From Tubiluchus corallicola (lineage: Eukaryota > Animalia > Priapulida), in contig JAQGDQ010002159.1 in NCBI GenBank assembly GCA_030141605.1, forward strand, positions 1-12,549: a stretch of DNA of 12,549 bases. The letters run 5' to 3'. The translations under genes and the position numbers were made by a program. Each line of letters begins with the position of its first letter. Position 1 is the stretch's first letter. Under the pieces are notes generated by a model. The model worked only from the letters and a program-made list of their open reading frames with translations, ran no database searches and was not told the DNA's origin. This document shows, one piece after another, positions 1 through 10,145 of this stretch.

Positions 1-10
1 TGACAGATCA

Positions 11-780
11 CTACACTACACTACACTACACTACACTACACTACACTACACTGCACTGCACTGCACTGCACTACACTACACTACACTACACTACACTACA
101 CTACACTACACTACACTACACTACACTACACTACACTGCACTGCACTGCACTACACTGCACTACACTACACTACACTACACTACACTACACTACACTACA
201 CTACACTACACTACACTACACTACACTACACTACACTACACTACACTACACTACACTACACTACACTACACTGCACTGCACTGTACTACATTATGCTATA
301 CTACACTACACTACACTACACTACACTACACTACACTACACTACACTACACTACACTACACTACACTACACTACACTGCACTACACTGCACTGCACTGCA
401 CTACTCTACACTACACTACACTACACTACACTACACTACACTACACTACACTACACTACACTACACTACACTACACTACACTACACTACACTACACTACA
501 CTACACTACACTACACTACACTACGCTACACTACGCTACGCTATGCTATGCTACGCTACACTACACTACACTACACTACGCTACGCTACGCTACACTACA
601 CTACACTAATTTACACAACACTACACTACAGTACGGTACACTAAATTACACTATACTACACTATACATTTAAACACTACACTAATTTACACAACACTACA
701 CTACAGTACGGTACACTAAATTACACTGCACTGCACTGCACTGCACTACACAACACTACACTGTATTATGGCACACTATA
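11..780. repeat. (CTACA)n pentanucleotide satellite with CTGCA/CTACG variants, degenerating after ~600
   Basis: About 150 5-bp units are directly visible; they explain the spurious HYTTL ORF at 293-781. Confidence 0.98.
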
Positions 781-812
781 ATGCATTACATTAATATAAT
801 GTTATTACATTA

Positions 813-909
813 CATTATTATTATTATTGTTGTTGTTATTATTGTTATTTTTATTGCTATTGTTATTATTGTTATTATTATTATTATTTTTATTGTTATT
901 GTTATTGTT

Positions 910-972
<63 letters not shown>

Positions 973-999
973 ATTATTTGTTGTTGTTGTTGTTGTCAT

Positions 1000-1070
<71 letters not shown>

Positions 1071-1072
1071 AT
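813..1072. repeat. Compound (TTA)n/(TTG)n trinucleotide microsatellite
   Basis: Directly visible; TTA-rich grading into near-pure TTG. Confidence 0.97.
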
Positions 1073-1925
1073 AAATTTATTAAATGTTCATGGTGCATTA
1101 GAAATGTTCATTAGAAATTTGTCAGTTGTTTGTTTAGAAACATTTTATATAAAAAGTCTTCGCCACATTTCGTTTAAGTTAACGGGTTTTTTTTCTAGCA
1201 AATATTTACGAAATTAACGACAAATGATGCTGGTGAACCTTCCATTGATTATCTCTACCTGAGATTTCAACAAGCCTGGCTTCCCATTGATACGGTGAAG
1301 CCAATTAAACGGCTGTCATTCGTCTGTTGCTACAATTCTGCCCTTACTGCCGCCCCTTACTGCCCGGGGACATTATATAAATACCAGAAACATTAGTAAT
1401 AATCCGTTAATAAGCAGAAATTGCCCGAAGCACAATGAATCAATCGTCAGCCGTGACGTCACAACATGGTGGCTGAGCGTGTTAACAGTGCGGCGTATAA
1501 TTAGCCGTCTGTAAAATCGAATTTATTCATTATTATAACAGGTTTATTTACTGATGCGCACCATCACGCACTGCTTGCTGTCTCATTCGTTTTAATTCTC
1601 GAATAAACCGCCAGGGGCGTGCGCAGGTACTGCATACCACCTGCCCTTTGTCCTTTCATTTTTCACCAGCCTGGTAGAGTCTAGTAAATCCCTTAGTCAT
1701 TTACTCCGTGAAATAATACTATACAAAAATTACGTTTAATTCTAACGTTAATTTTTTGGAATAATTTTTTCGATCAAACTGATCTATTTTGGCACAAATG
1801 GAAAGATCTGCACGAAAGCTATAAATTTCAATTGTTATTTTGCTATATAAATTCACAGTTTGGAAGCCGCTTTGTTATCAACAAATATTTTCTGTTGTTC
1901 TACGGCTTTTTACATCTCTGAAGCC

Positions 1926-2010
1926 CGTTGCGCAAAAAACAGGTGTTGCACTTTTCAGTTCAGAGGTGCTCGTTTGTGACGTACTGCCCACATTCGACAA
2001 GTCATGCGTG
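1926..2010 (-). mobile_element. Fragment (copy C) of the dispersed Kolobok-like family also at 3565-4150, 5369-5566 and 7180-7586
   Basis: Reverse complement cacgcatgacttgtcgaatgtgggcagtacgtcacaaacga matches 5526-5566; ctgaactgaaaagtgcaacacctgttttttgcgcaac matches ~3926-3960; same orientation as 7385-7420. Confidence 0.8.
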
Positions 2011-2011
2011 C

Positions 2012-2429
<418 letters not shown>

Positions 2430-2471
2430 CTAGCATAGCTACTGTAAGTTGTAAATATGAAATGTAAGTAC

Positions 2472-2583
2472 TGTTAACTGTTCTAGCCCTGCAAATAGAG
2501 GGCGCATGTATATATGTATGTGTTTATATGCTCAAAATAAAGAATTATAATTACCACTTAAGTTAATTAATTAATTAATAACA
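2472..2583 (+). mobile_element. Possible short solo LTR (TRIM/Gypsy-like)
   Basis: TGTTA...TAACA inverted termini, flanks AGTAC/CGTAC (4/5 direct repeat), internal TAGAGGGCGC, TATATA at 2509-2514 and AATAAA at 2536-2541. All signals are short and could be chance in AT-rich DNA. Confidence 0.3.
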
Positions 2584-3007
2584 CGTACAAGACGAAACTT
2601 TAACTCCACCATATTTAATGAATTAGTTTAAGTAATTAAAGTGGATTACAAACAGAACACAACAGTCTAATTAAGCAAAATATATTTAGCATTAATCTTG
2701 CAAAGTACAGAGTGAGGCAACTGCTTCAATGTTTCCTATCCCAGACGTAACGTGCCCCCCCCCCCCTCCGTGTGTTTGACGTTAAACTCAATACGTCTCA
2801 CTTAGCGAGAATAATATGGCGACATATGGAGGCGCATTTACCTCCTCATAATGGCAGTGATCTTTCTCTTTTTGCAAAAATATCTCCCCCATTGTGTAAC
2901 CGAACTCGTAAACGGTATAGCTAAACACTTAGTGTTGATTGTGTGGCACAATTACATCAATAAAGCATTGTGATTCAGAGTGTCGGTTTTGCAGTGTCAC
3001 AGACGAC

Positions 3008-3442
3008 GAAGTTTTTTCCATTATGAAGACCGGTTGGCTTCTTTGCTACAGCCGCTCGCTGCGCCGCCCTGGTGGTGACAGTTAAAGCAACAATGAGGCG
3101 CGGATTACCACTTGTTTTGAGGGTGAACAATGCGTATATGTGACGTTATATTAAGTCTAATGAAGTCTTTTCATTATGAAGGCAGGTTGGCTTCTTTGCT
3201 ACAGCGATAGCTAGATTGCCCGCTGCGCCGCCCTGGTGGAGACAGTTAAACCAACAATCAGGCGCGGATTAGCACTTGTTTTGAGGGTGAACAATGCGTA
3301 TATGTGACGTTATATTAAGTTTAATGAAGTCTTTTCATTATGAAGGCAGGTTGGCTTCTTTGCTACAGCGATAGCTAGATTGCCCGCTGCGCCGCCCTGG
3401 TGGTGACAGTTAAACCAACAATGAGGCGCGGAATACCACTTG
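3008..3442. repeat. Tandem repeat, ~2.7 copies of a 154-164 bp unit
   Basis: Units start at 3008, 3162 and 3326 (gaagt...cattatgaag...ggttggcttctttgctacagc...gctgcgccgccctggtgg); copies 2 and 3 are nearly identical, copy 1 has a ~10-bp deletion. Confidence 0.95.
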
Positions 3443-3564
3443 AACTGTACTATGGGGAAATTGGCTGGTTGGTTTAGGCAAGGAGGTCGCATGTTTTAGG
3501 GCTGAAAAGGTGCTCCAAGCCATGAGACTGTAGAGGAATTTCTGTTCGAATTGACAATTGTTAA

Positions 3565-4148
3565 AGGAAGAGAGGATGATTTTTCACATATGCCCCTATT
3601 TTCAAATTTAATAAAAAGTATACATTTTAACACGAATAATACTGCTAAAGCGTTTCTGATAATTGATAATTAAATAATAGATTAAAAACTTAATTAATGG
3701 CGGGCGAACCCAAGTATTCATGACGTCACAAACTAACATAATTTTCAACAGCAAAAATATTTCATGAGCGTGTTGCATGTGTTTGCGAAGGCGACAATTG
3801 ATGTACAGTGTTACTGTAAGATATTCAGTGTGTTTTACTAAAACTAGTCAGGTTTTAAGATAAAAATTCAAATTTCAAATTTACCGCTGCACTCACGTAT
3901 GAGCTGTTGAACTAACTAACACATCTGACCTGAGAGATACAGCACCTATTTTTGTGCAATGCGAAATGCAGGCGCTAGTGCCTGTCTAACTAGAGAATAG
4001 CGAAATGCACGTAACAGCGAAGAACTAGTGGCGCGAATGTGAAATTGTGTTTGTGTGGTAATAATTCTTTTACATAAGTCATTTTTGAAAAAATAGTTTG
4101 TTTCCTTCAATATTTTAAATAGTCAATTTTTTGACCTACAGTTTAAGA

Positions 4149-4150
<2 letters not shown>
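3565..4150 (+). mobile_element. Non-autonomous DNA transposon, Kolobok-like (copy A, longest; right tip replaced by (GT)n)
   Basis: 3692-3910 aligns with 5369-5545, and ~3755-4150 with the reverse complement of 7195-7586. Putative left end TTAA|AGGAAGAGAGGA at 3561-3576 resembles TTAA|AGGAAAACTAGA at 7176-7191. The repeat is certain; superfamily and left boundary are inferred. Confidence 0.7.
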
Positions 4151-4214
<64 letters not shown>

Positions 4215-4245
4215 AAGAGAAAGAGAGACTGAGAGAGAAAGAGAG
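4151..4245. repeat. (GT)~28 followed by imperfect (GA)n
   Basis: Directly visible. Confidence 0.97.
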
Positions 4246-4299
4246 GGTTAAAGAGAGTAACAGAAAAGATTTTAAGATTGAGTCCAGGTTTTGCTTTAA

Positions 4300-4490
4300 T
4301 TATTGCCTGTGTTCTGTCATCCACAAAGTCTTCTGCTGCCATCTTGTTAGCTTTTATTGGCCAACTCTTTTATCCTTTTTGCGGGTGAAACTTTCTTTCA
4401 TCTTCTTGTTGCTTTGAGTATGATTCTTTCAGACGGTAATGTGCGCATGCAACGCTAAAGGTAACATCTTCTTCAAAGTCTCATTCTCTT
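4300..4490 (-). mobile_element. Possible highly decayed RTE-like ORF2 C-terminal fragment
   Basis: Frame-hopping translation RRCYL*RCMRTLPSERIILKA...KRVGQ*KLTRWQQKTL loosely recalls RRLRxLGHxxRxPxxRxxKxA...GRPKxxW. Weak. Confidence 0.3.
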
Positions 4491-4522
4491 TGTTGTAGAC
4501 ATTGAGGTGTTACCATTCTGTG

Positions 4523-4523
<1 letters not shown>

Positions 4524-4553
<30 letters not shown>

Positions 4554-4633
4554 ATTGTTGATGATGTGTTGTTGTTGTTGTTGTTGTTGTTATTGTTATT
4601 GTTATTGTTATTGTTATTGTTATTGTTATTGTT

Positions 4634-4666
<33 letters not shown>

Positions 4667-4903
4667 GATGATGATGATGATGATGCTGTTGTTGTTGTTG
4701 CTTTTGTTGATGCAGTTGTTGTTGTCGTTGTTGTTGTTAGTGTTGATGATGTGTTGTTGTTGTTGTTGTTGCTGTTGTTGATGCAGTCGTTGTTGTTGTT
4801 GTTGTTATTGTTGATGATGTGTTGTTGTTGTTGTTGTTGTTGTTGTTGATGATGATGATGATGCTGTTGTTGTTGTTGTTGTTGTTGATGCTGTTGTTGT
4901 TAT
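4524..4903. repeat. Compound (GTT)n/(GAT)n/(GTTATT)n microsatellite; possibly the expanded 3' tail of the adjacent RTE element
   Basis: Directly visible; on the minus strand it begins ~90 nt after the end of the RTE ORF2 relic. Confidence 0.95.
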
Positions 4904-4904
4904 T

Positions 4905-5300
4905 TTAGACTTTTTCCTGCCTAATGTCTACATAGATGTAAAAGACATAAATATGATTGTTAAAACTCGCTTCGGTGACGTCATCTAATATCTATTCTTC
5001 TTCTTCTTCAAAATCTCATTCCATTAATTCTTATCTACAGCTAACAGCGTAAGTTCTTCTACTCCTAAAGATAGATTTGTTTGAAGTTGTTGAACATCTT
5101 TATTTATCTTAGGTATCCATTTTGTTTTAGGTTTTACCAAGTGGTTTTTAGCAAGGTTTTAAGGCTTTCTTCAAGGCGATTCTTACTGGTGCTTCACTTG
5201 GTAATCTTAGAAGATGTCCTAGCCATCTTCAATCTTTGCGTCTTGGCTTTTAAACTCCGAGGAATTTCTTTCGTTTTAGTGCATAAGTTTTCATGTATGT
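4905..5300 (-). mobile_element. 5'-truncated RTE-clade non-LTR retrotransposon relic (ORF2 C-terminus plus short 3' UTR)
   Basis: Minus-strand translation with frameshifts and stops: IHENLCTKTKEIPRSLKAKTQRL/RWLGHLLRLPSEAPVRIALKKALKPC*KPLGK/PKTKWIPKINKDV...LAVDKN*WNEIL, fitting the RTE signature RRLRWLGHxxR...GRPKxxW...AxDRxxW. WLGH codons lie at 5225-5214; (GAA)5 at 5009-4995. Confidence 0.88.
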
Positions 5301-5368
5301 CTTAATTTAATGTGAATTAAACAATAATGACAAAACTGTTAGGTAATTACGAAGTGTTCCACAAAAAC

Positions 5369-5566
5369 AATTAATGGCGGGCGAGCCCAACTATTGATGA
5401 CATCACAAACTAACATAATTTTCGACAGTCATAATATTCCGCGAGCGCGTTGCACGTGTTTGCGAAAGCGAAAATTGAAGTGCAGTGCTACCGCTGTATT
5501 ATTTAATATTATCTACCTCTGTGCTCACGCATGAGCTGTCGAACGTGTGCAGTACGTCACAAACGA
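5369..5566 (+). mobile_element. Internally deleted fragment (copy B) of the Kolobok-like family
   Basis: aattaatggcgggcgagcccaactattgatgacatcacaaactaacataattttc...gtgtttgcgaaagcgaaaattga matches 3692 onward and the reverse complement of 7540-7586. Confidence 0.85.
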
Positions 5567-6192
5567 ATTTGTTTTTGGTTTGTCTGGTGGTTTTTGCAAG
5601 GTGTTAAGACTTATGGCTTTCATATTACATTTATACCAAACTCTATAGCAAAATATATAACTGTGTACATTTCTATAACGACGCTCTTTCATTTTCCCTC
5701 TTTCCGCTTCCCTTTCTCACTCAACCATTAAACTCCTATCACAAAATAGCTGATCATTTTTACTCGCAACGCGTGTTATTGAGAGCAATAACTTCGTCCA
5801 TTTTCCTGCCCTTTTGAGATGTTTTTGCTCGGAGAATTTTCTGCGTCATTTGGGTTTGCGTTCATCAGAAACTGATTGTGCAGAATGGGGAGGCTGGAAT
5901 GTGACAGAAGCAGCTGACAAGCGTCTCTTTGCAACACAAGAGGCGTTTAGCGAGGAGAAGCTATACGTGCCTCTTAATGGCACGGCGACACAAATTGATC
6001 AACATGGCGTAACTCTTTTGGGGTGAACAACCGTTTTGCTAGAAAAACAAACGGCTAATTTTTTCAGATACGTAATATATACGTACACTTATATATAAAC
6101 GCTTATTCCTAAATTACTTGTGGCGTGGTAAGTTTGCAGTCGTATTAACTCAGCATTTTTTATAAAACAATAGTATTTTACCAGCTCAGCTA

Positions 6193-6437
<245 letters not shown>

Positions 6438-6810
6438 AGTTATTTTATTCCAGTTGTTGACAGTCAATAAAACAAGAATAAGAATAAGCAACAAGGTTGG
6501 TTTAACAAAAACGCAATATTTTTATATACAAGAAAGGGTTAGTTAGAATGGGTAAATAAAATACTTTGAGACTATTTCAAAGTGTTTGATCTAAAAACTG
6601 TATCAGTATGATTGTACAGAAAGTTACTAACAACAGAATTCTGACTTAAAAACTTCTGAGACTAAACACAGCTTTCCTACATATCCACAAAACTAGGTAC
6701 ATTGTAGTTAACATACATTTTACAATACAATATTACTATTACTATTACAATATATAATATAACAGAACGCGTTGTAGTATCTTAGTACTTCAGTTTTAGT
6801 CTAGATAAAC
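6438..6810 (-). mobile_element. Decayed non-LTR retrotransposon 3' end (ORF2 C-terminus plus 3' UTR; clade uncertain)
   Basis: Frame-hopping translation LSRLKLKY/YYNAF...MYVNYNVPSFVDM/RKAVFSLRS/FLSQNSVVSNFLYNHTDTVFRSNTLK*SQSILF resembles the LINE C-terminal pattern L..L.V.YNNAFR...MFV..NVP.F....RK..FS...R...S.NS as I recall it; it is followed by AATAAA and a (TTA)n tail. Confidence 0.6.
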
Positions 6811-7179
6811 ACATATCTATAAAAATGTTTCGTATACTCCTATTATAATGTAAACGTGCTTTGCACCAGTCTAGGTATGGAGTGTACAGACTGATGGCTA
6901 AATGATATGAAGCATCATATCAAGCAGACTGGCAGACAGCCATTTTTAACAACGTTCAGATGGTGAGCAGATTAATGAGTTTCTAAGTTTTTCTTAATTG
7001 CTCGCATTTGTACTGATTGGTTGACATGTGTAACAGGTGCTGAATCGCAGGTGAGTCAGAAATGAATTTCAGCAGTGATTAGCGTTGACAAATTAAGACA
7101 AAGCGGGCCATACGTTAGACGCTTCAAACAGCTGAAGGCCATTGGATAGTACAGACGTCACGTGACAGGCACCCATTAA

Positions 7180-7586
7180 AGGAAAACTAGACCCAATGTT
7201 AAACTGTAGATTAAAATATTCTAGTGTTTAAAATATTGGTTAGGAATATATAATTTTTTTAAAAATGACTTACGTGAAAGAATTATTACCACACAAACAC
7301 AATTTCGCGTTCGCGCCATTAGTTCTTCGCTGTTACATGTAGTTTGCCATTCGCCGGCTAGACGGACACTAGCCCCTGAAACGTGTTGCACAAAAACAGG
7401 TGCTGTACCTCTCAGTTCAGTTGTGACATAGTGCACATGGTCGACAGCTCACGCTGTAAATCTGAAATTTTTAATTTTTTATCTTAAAACTTGCCTAGTT
7501 TTACTACAACACACTGAATATCTTACAGTAGCGCTGTACTTCAATTTTCGCTTTCGCAAACACGTGCAGCGCGCTCGTGGAATATT
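7180..7586 (-). mobile_element. Copy D of the Kolobok-like family, retaining one terminus (TTAA at 7176-7179)
   Basis: Reverse complement is collinear with ~3755-4150 (e.g. gtaacagcgaagaacta-tggcgcgaa...aaattgtgtttgtgtggtaataattcttt) and ends in ...ctagttttCCT|TTAA. Confidence 0.82.
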
Positions 7587-8120
7587 AATGCTCCTTCCTC
7601 CTCCTCACTAACTTCCTCCTCCTCAGTAACTCGTTTAGTTTATAAATTTTTTTCAATGTAATAACACTTTGTATGTACGTTTGTGTTGAAATTCATAATT
7701 CACGTAATTCATGTAATTCGAAATCCTGAATTTCGGTTCGATTCGAATTCGAAAGTCACAAATTCGATTCGATTTCGCTTTCTGGGAGATAATGTTCACT
7801 CTTAGTCAGAGAATTCCTAATTTAATAATGCTAGATTCAACAGCTGCCTTTATTACGGATTCGAACACAGGGCTTTGTTACATAAATTAAGTTTTGACAC
7901 TTTCTCAGTGATCCACACACTTGTGGTACTTTCTCATCAGCTGCCCACAACTTCATCACCATCTTCTCATCAAAGGGTTAATTACATGAATTCGTCAATT
8001 TTGTTAATTAAATTAAATACCTTGTTAGTACACTATTGTAACAAAGAAAGGGTTAAAATGTTCGGCAGATATTAAAACTCCATCTGTAGGCGGTGAAGAT
8101 AAAATAAGAATTTTATTTAA

Positions 8121-8572
8121 CCCTTTCATACCCGTTGTATCCCGTGGGATAAGAGAATATTTTCCGCCTTTAAAATTAATAAAATTTTAAAACTGACAGT
8201 TATTTGATCTGTTTATAGTTATTTTGATTTAAGCCAATAACAATAGACTAAAAATGGTGATAAAATGGCAAACTAGAAAATCTACATAGCATAAAAACTG
8301 CGCAAGGTACAGTACTTTAGAGACGACTTTGTACAAATCAGCATAGCATGCATACTAAATGTGTTAAATACTTTAAAAAATTATCAGCAGTTGCAAAATG
8401 AAGCACATTTTATGCTTCCATTGAATCCCAATGTATCCCGTGGGATACAAGCTATATTTAGCACGCGGGCACAGGTAGAAAAAATAATTATGTGTAAACA
8501 AGATGGACATACTGAAGAAAAGTACCAAGCCAAAAAAATTTCTTATTAAAAAATAATTTGGCACTGAAAGGG
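8121..8572. mobile_element. piggyBac-type MITE, 452 bp
   Basis: TTAA(8117-8120)|CCCTTTCATACC...GGCACTGAAAGGG|TTAA(8573-8576); 8-bp perfect TIR extending imperfectly to ~13 bp; palindrome TGTATCCCGTGGGATA(CA) present twice (8136-8151, 8432-8449); no transposase ORF. Confidence 0.88.
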
Positions 8573-8762
8573 TTAAGCTGATTTTGTTTTATTAATTCTG
8601 TCATATAATTGTAACGATTTCAAGTTGTCAGTAGAAACGTCTTATCAGTGAGCATTTCCTGTTGTTGATGTTGTTTTTTTATTTCTAATTTTAAATTAAC
8701 ATGATTTTTTAATCATGATTTTAATTACACAAAGAAGCCAGGTTCTGGGAATCAACAGCGTT

Positions 8763-8792
8763 GACCGTTTTGGATGTTGAAGCCATTGTCAA
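8763..8792 (-). ncRNA. Degenerate minimal hammerhead-like motif, copy 1 (Penelope-type relic)
   Basis: Minus strand UUGACAA-UGGCUUCAACAUCC-AAAAC-G-GUC; U3-A8 variant core, G12 apparently mutated, stems poor. Confidence 0.35.
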
Positions 8793-8966
8793 ACTTGATT
8801 GTCAAACTACCACGAAGCCAGAAAGAAATGATACTTTTGAACATGATAACACAAAATACGTAAAGTTGCCACGTTCATTATAGCAATGATTTTTCACTTT
8901 CTGTTTTCACATCGAGGCTTTCAGATTTTCAGAAAAAAATATCATAATTTAACATGTTAACTGAGA

Positions 8967-8999
8967 GACGATCGTTTCAGTCACAGAAGCCATTATCAA
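8967..8999 (-). ncRNA. Degenerate minimal hammerhead-like motif, copy 2 (Penelope-type relic)
   Basis: Minus strand UUGAUAA-UGGCUUCUGUGACU-GAAAC-GAUC-GUC; palindromic stem III ACGAUCGU; stems I and II weak. Confidence 0.42.
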
Positions 9000-9139
9000 A
9001 CTACAAATGAAGCCAAAAAGAAGAATAAATGAAACATTAATTATGCAAAGGCGCAAAATGAAACTACAAAACAACAGATTAGAATTTAACTTATCAAACT
9101 AACGCAGCTTGTAACGGAAGAAATTACAGAGAAATGTAC

Positions 9140-9377
9140 AAATTTTGCATAACACGAGATTCTAAATTAAGATGTAGGAATCAATTTTGCTAAGAATTAA
9201 TGTATTCAATCAGCACTGTGATATACATGTAGATCAGTTTGTTATAAATTATGATACTTTTTCATCAACTTCGCTTAAAAAGACTCTGTATTTGTTGAGA
9301 CGTGTTCCTGTATGCCTTGTTTATTTAAGTATGTGATTTGTTAATTGTGCTTGTGTTACGTTTGTGAAATAAAGTAT
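9140..9377 (+). mobile_element. Probable decayed LINE (CR1/L2-like) 3' end
   Basis: T/G-rich 3'UTR-like tract ending in AATAAA (9368-9373) directly followed by (TTA)n; weak peptide HNTR...SILLRINVFNQHCDIHVDQF...SLKKTL. Confidence 0.4.
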
Positions 9378-9405
9378 TTATTATTATTATTATTTTTATT
9401 ATTAC

Positions 9406-9480
<75 letters not shown>

Positions 9481-10145
9481 TTCGTTCATTCGTTCATTCG
9501 TTCATTCGTTCATTCGTTCATTCGTTCATTCGTTCATTCGTTCATTTGTTCATTCGTTCATTCGTTCATTCATTCGCTCATTAATTTATTCGTTCATTCA
9601 TCCATTCATTCGTTCGTTCGTTCGTTCGTTCGTTCATTCATTCGTTCATTCGTTCATTCATTCAATCATCCAGATCTCGTGGAAGGCCTTATTCACTTAA
9701 GGTGTTCCAAAAATGCTGCTAATCCTTACAATAAAAAAGAAGCATATTACCACACACACACACACACACACACACCATGACCCCCCCCAAACACACACAC
9801 ACACACACCGCAGGCCCCCACCCCCCAAACACACACACACCATGACTACCCCCACACACACACACACCGTGAAGTGCAATAGACTTAATTTAGTCTGTTT
9901 ACATAACCACTTAATGTTAATCACAGTTAATTTATACAAAAAAAACTAATATTATACCAATAATTTTACAAACCCATGCAGTACGTTGTTATCGCGCATA
10001 TCTCACCTGTATTTTTACCTGGGCGCGTCATAAGTCAGCCCAATTATCGCAACAACCCGAGTTGCACACAACAAACGATAATTCGCGACGCACAATAGCA
10101 CGCTACGCTGTTTCGTACGCATTTACCCGCGGTACGCACTATTAC
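9378..10145 (-). repeat. Left arm of long inverted repeat: (TTA)n - (ATTC/GTTC)n - 80 bp unique - (CA)n/C-tract minisatellite - ~275 bp unique
   Basis: 9666-9745 is the reverse complement of ~12175-12258; 9865-10137 is the reverse complement of 11766-12040 with few differences; the flanking microsatellite order is mirrored. Confidence 0.95.

Noticed and set aside
11-600. Telomeric repeat
   Set aside because: CTACA/TGTAG is not a telomere unit I recognise (TTAGG, TTAGGG etc.) and non-repeat bases precede the array.
293-1217. ORFs of 64-162 aa (HYTTL repeats, poly-V/L/C/N)
   Set aside because: Translations of stop-free microsatellite frames; no unique protein content.
1447-1476. CRE palindrome GTGACGTCAC in a TCAGCC/GGCTGA hairpin (TGACGTCA also at 3721 and 4976)
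   Set aside because: Isolated short motifs, two inside transposon relics; no support for function.
1612-1627. CAGGGGCGTGCGCAGG as a MITE terminal repeat
   Set aside because: No matching inverted partner or TSD found in the window.
3008-3442. CRISPR-like array
   Set aside because: Whole units are repeated with no unique spacers; eukaryotic context and no cas genes.
4415-4488. Hammerhead-like UUGAAGA-AGAUG...CGUCU-GAAA on the minus strand
   Set aside because: U3-G8 core and no stem III/NUH geometry; an RTE-like coding relic or chance explains it as well.
7715-7778. Heat-shock element array
   Set aside because: TTC/GAA spacing does not fit nGAAnnTTCn periodicity.
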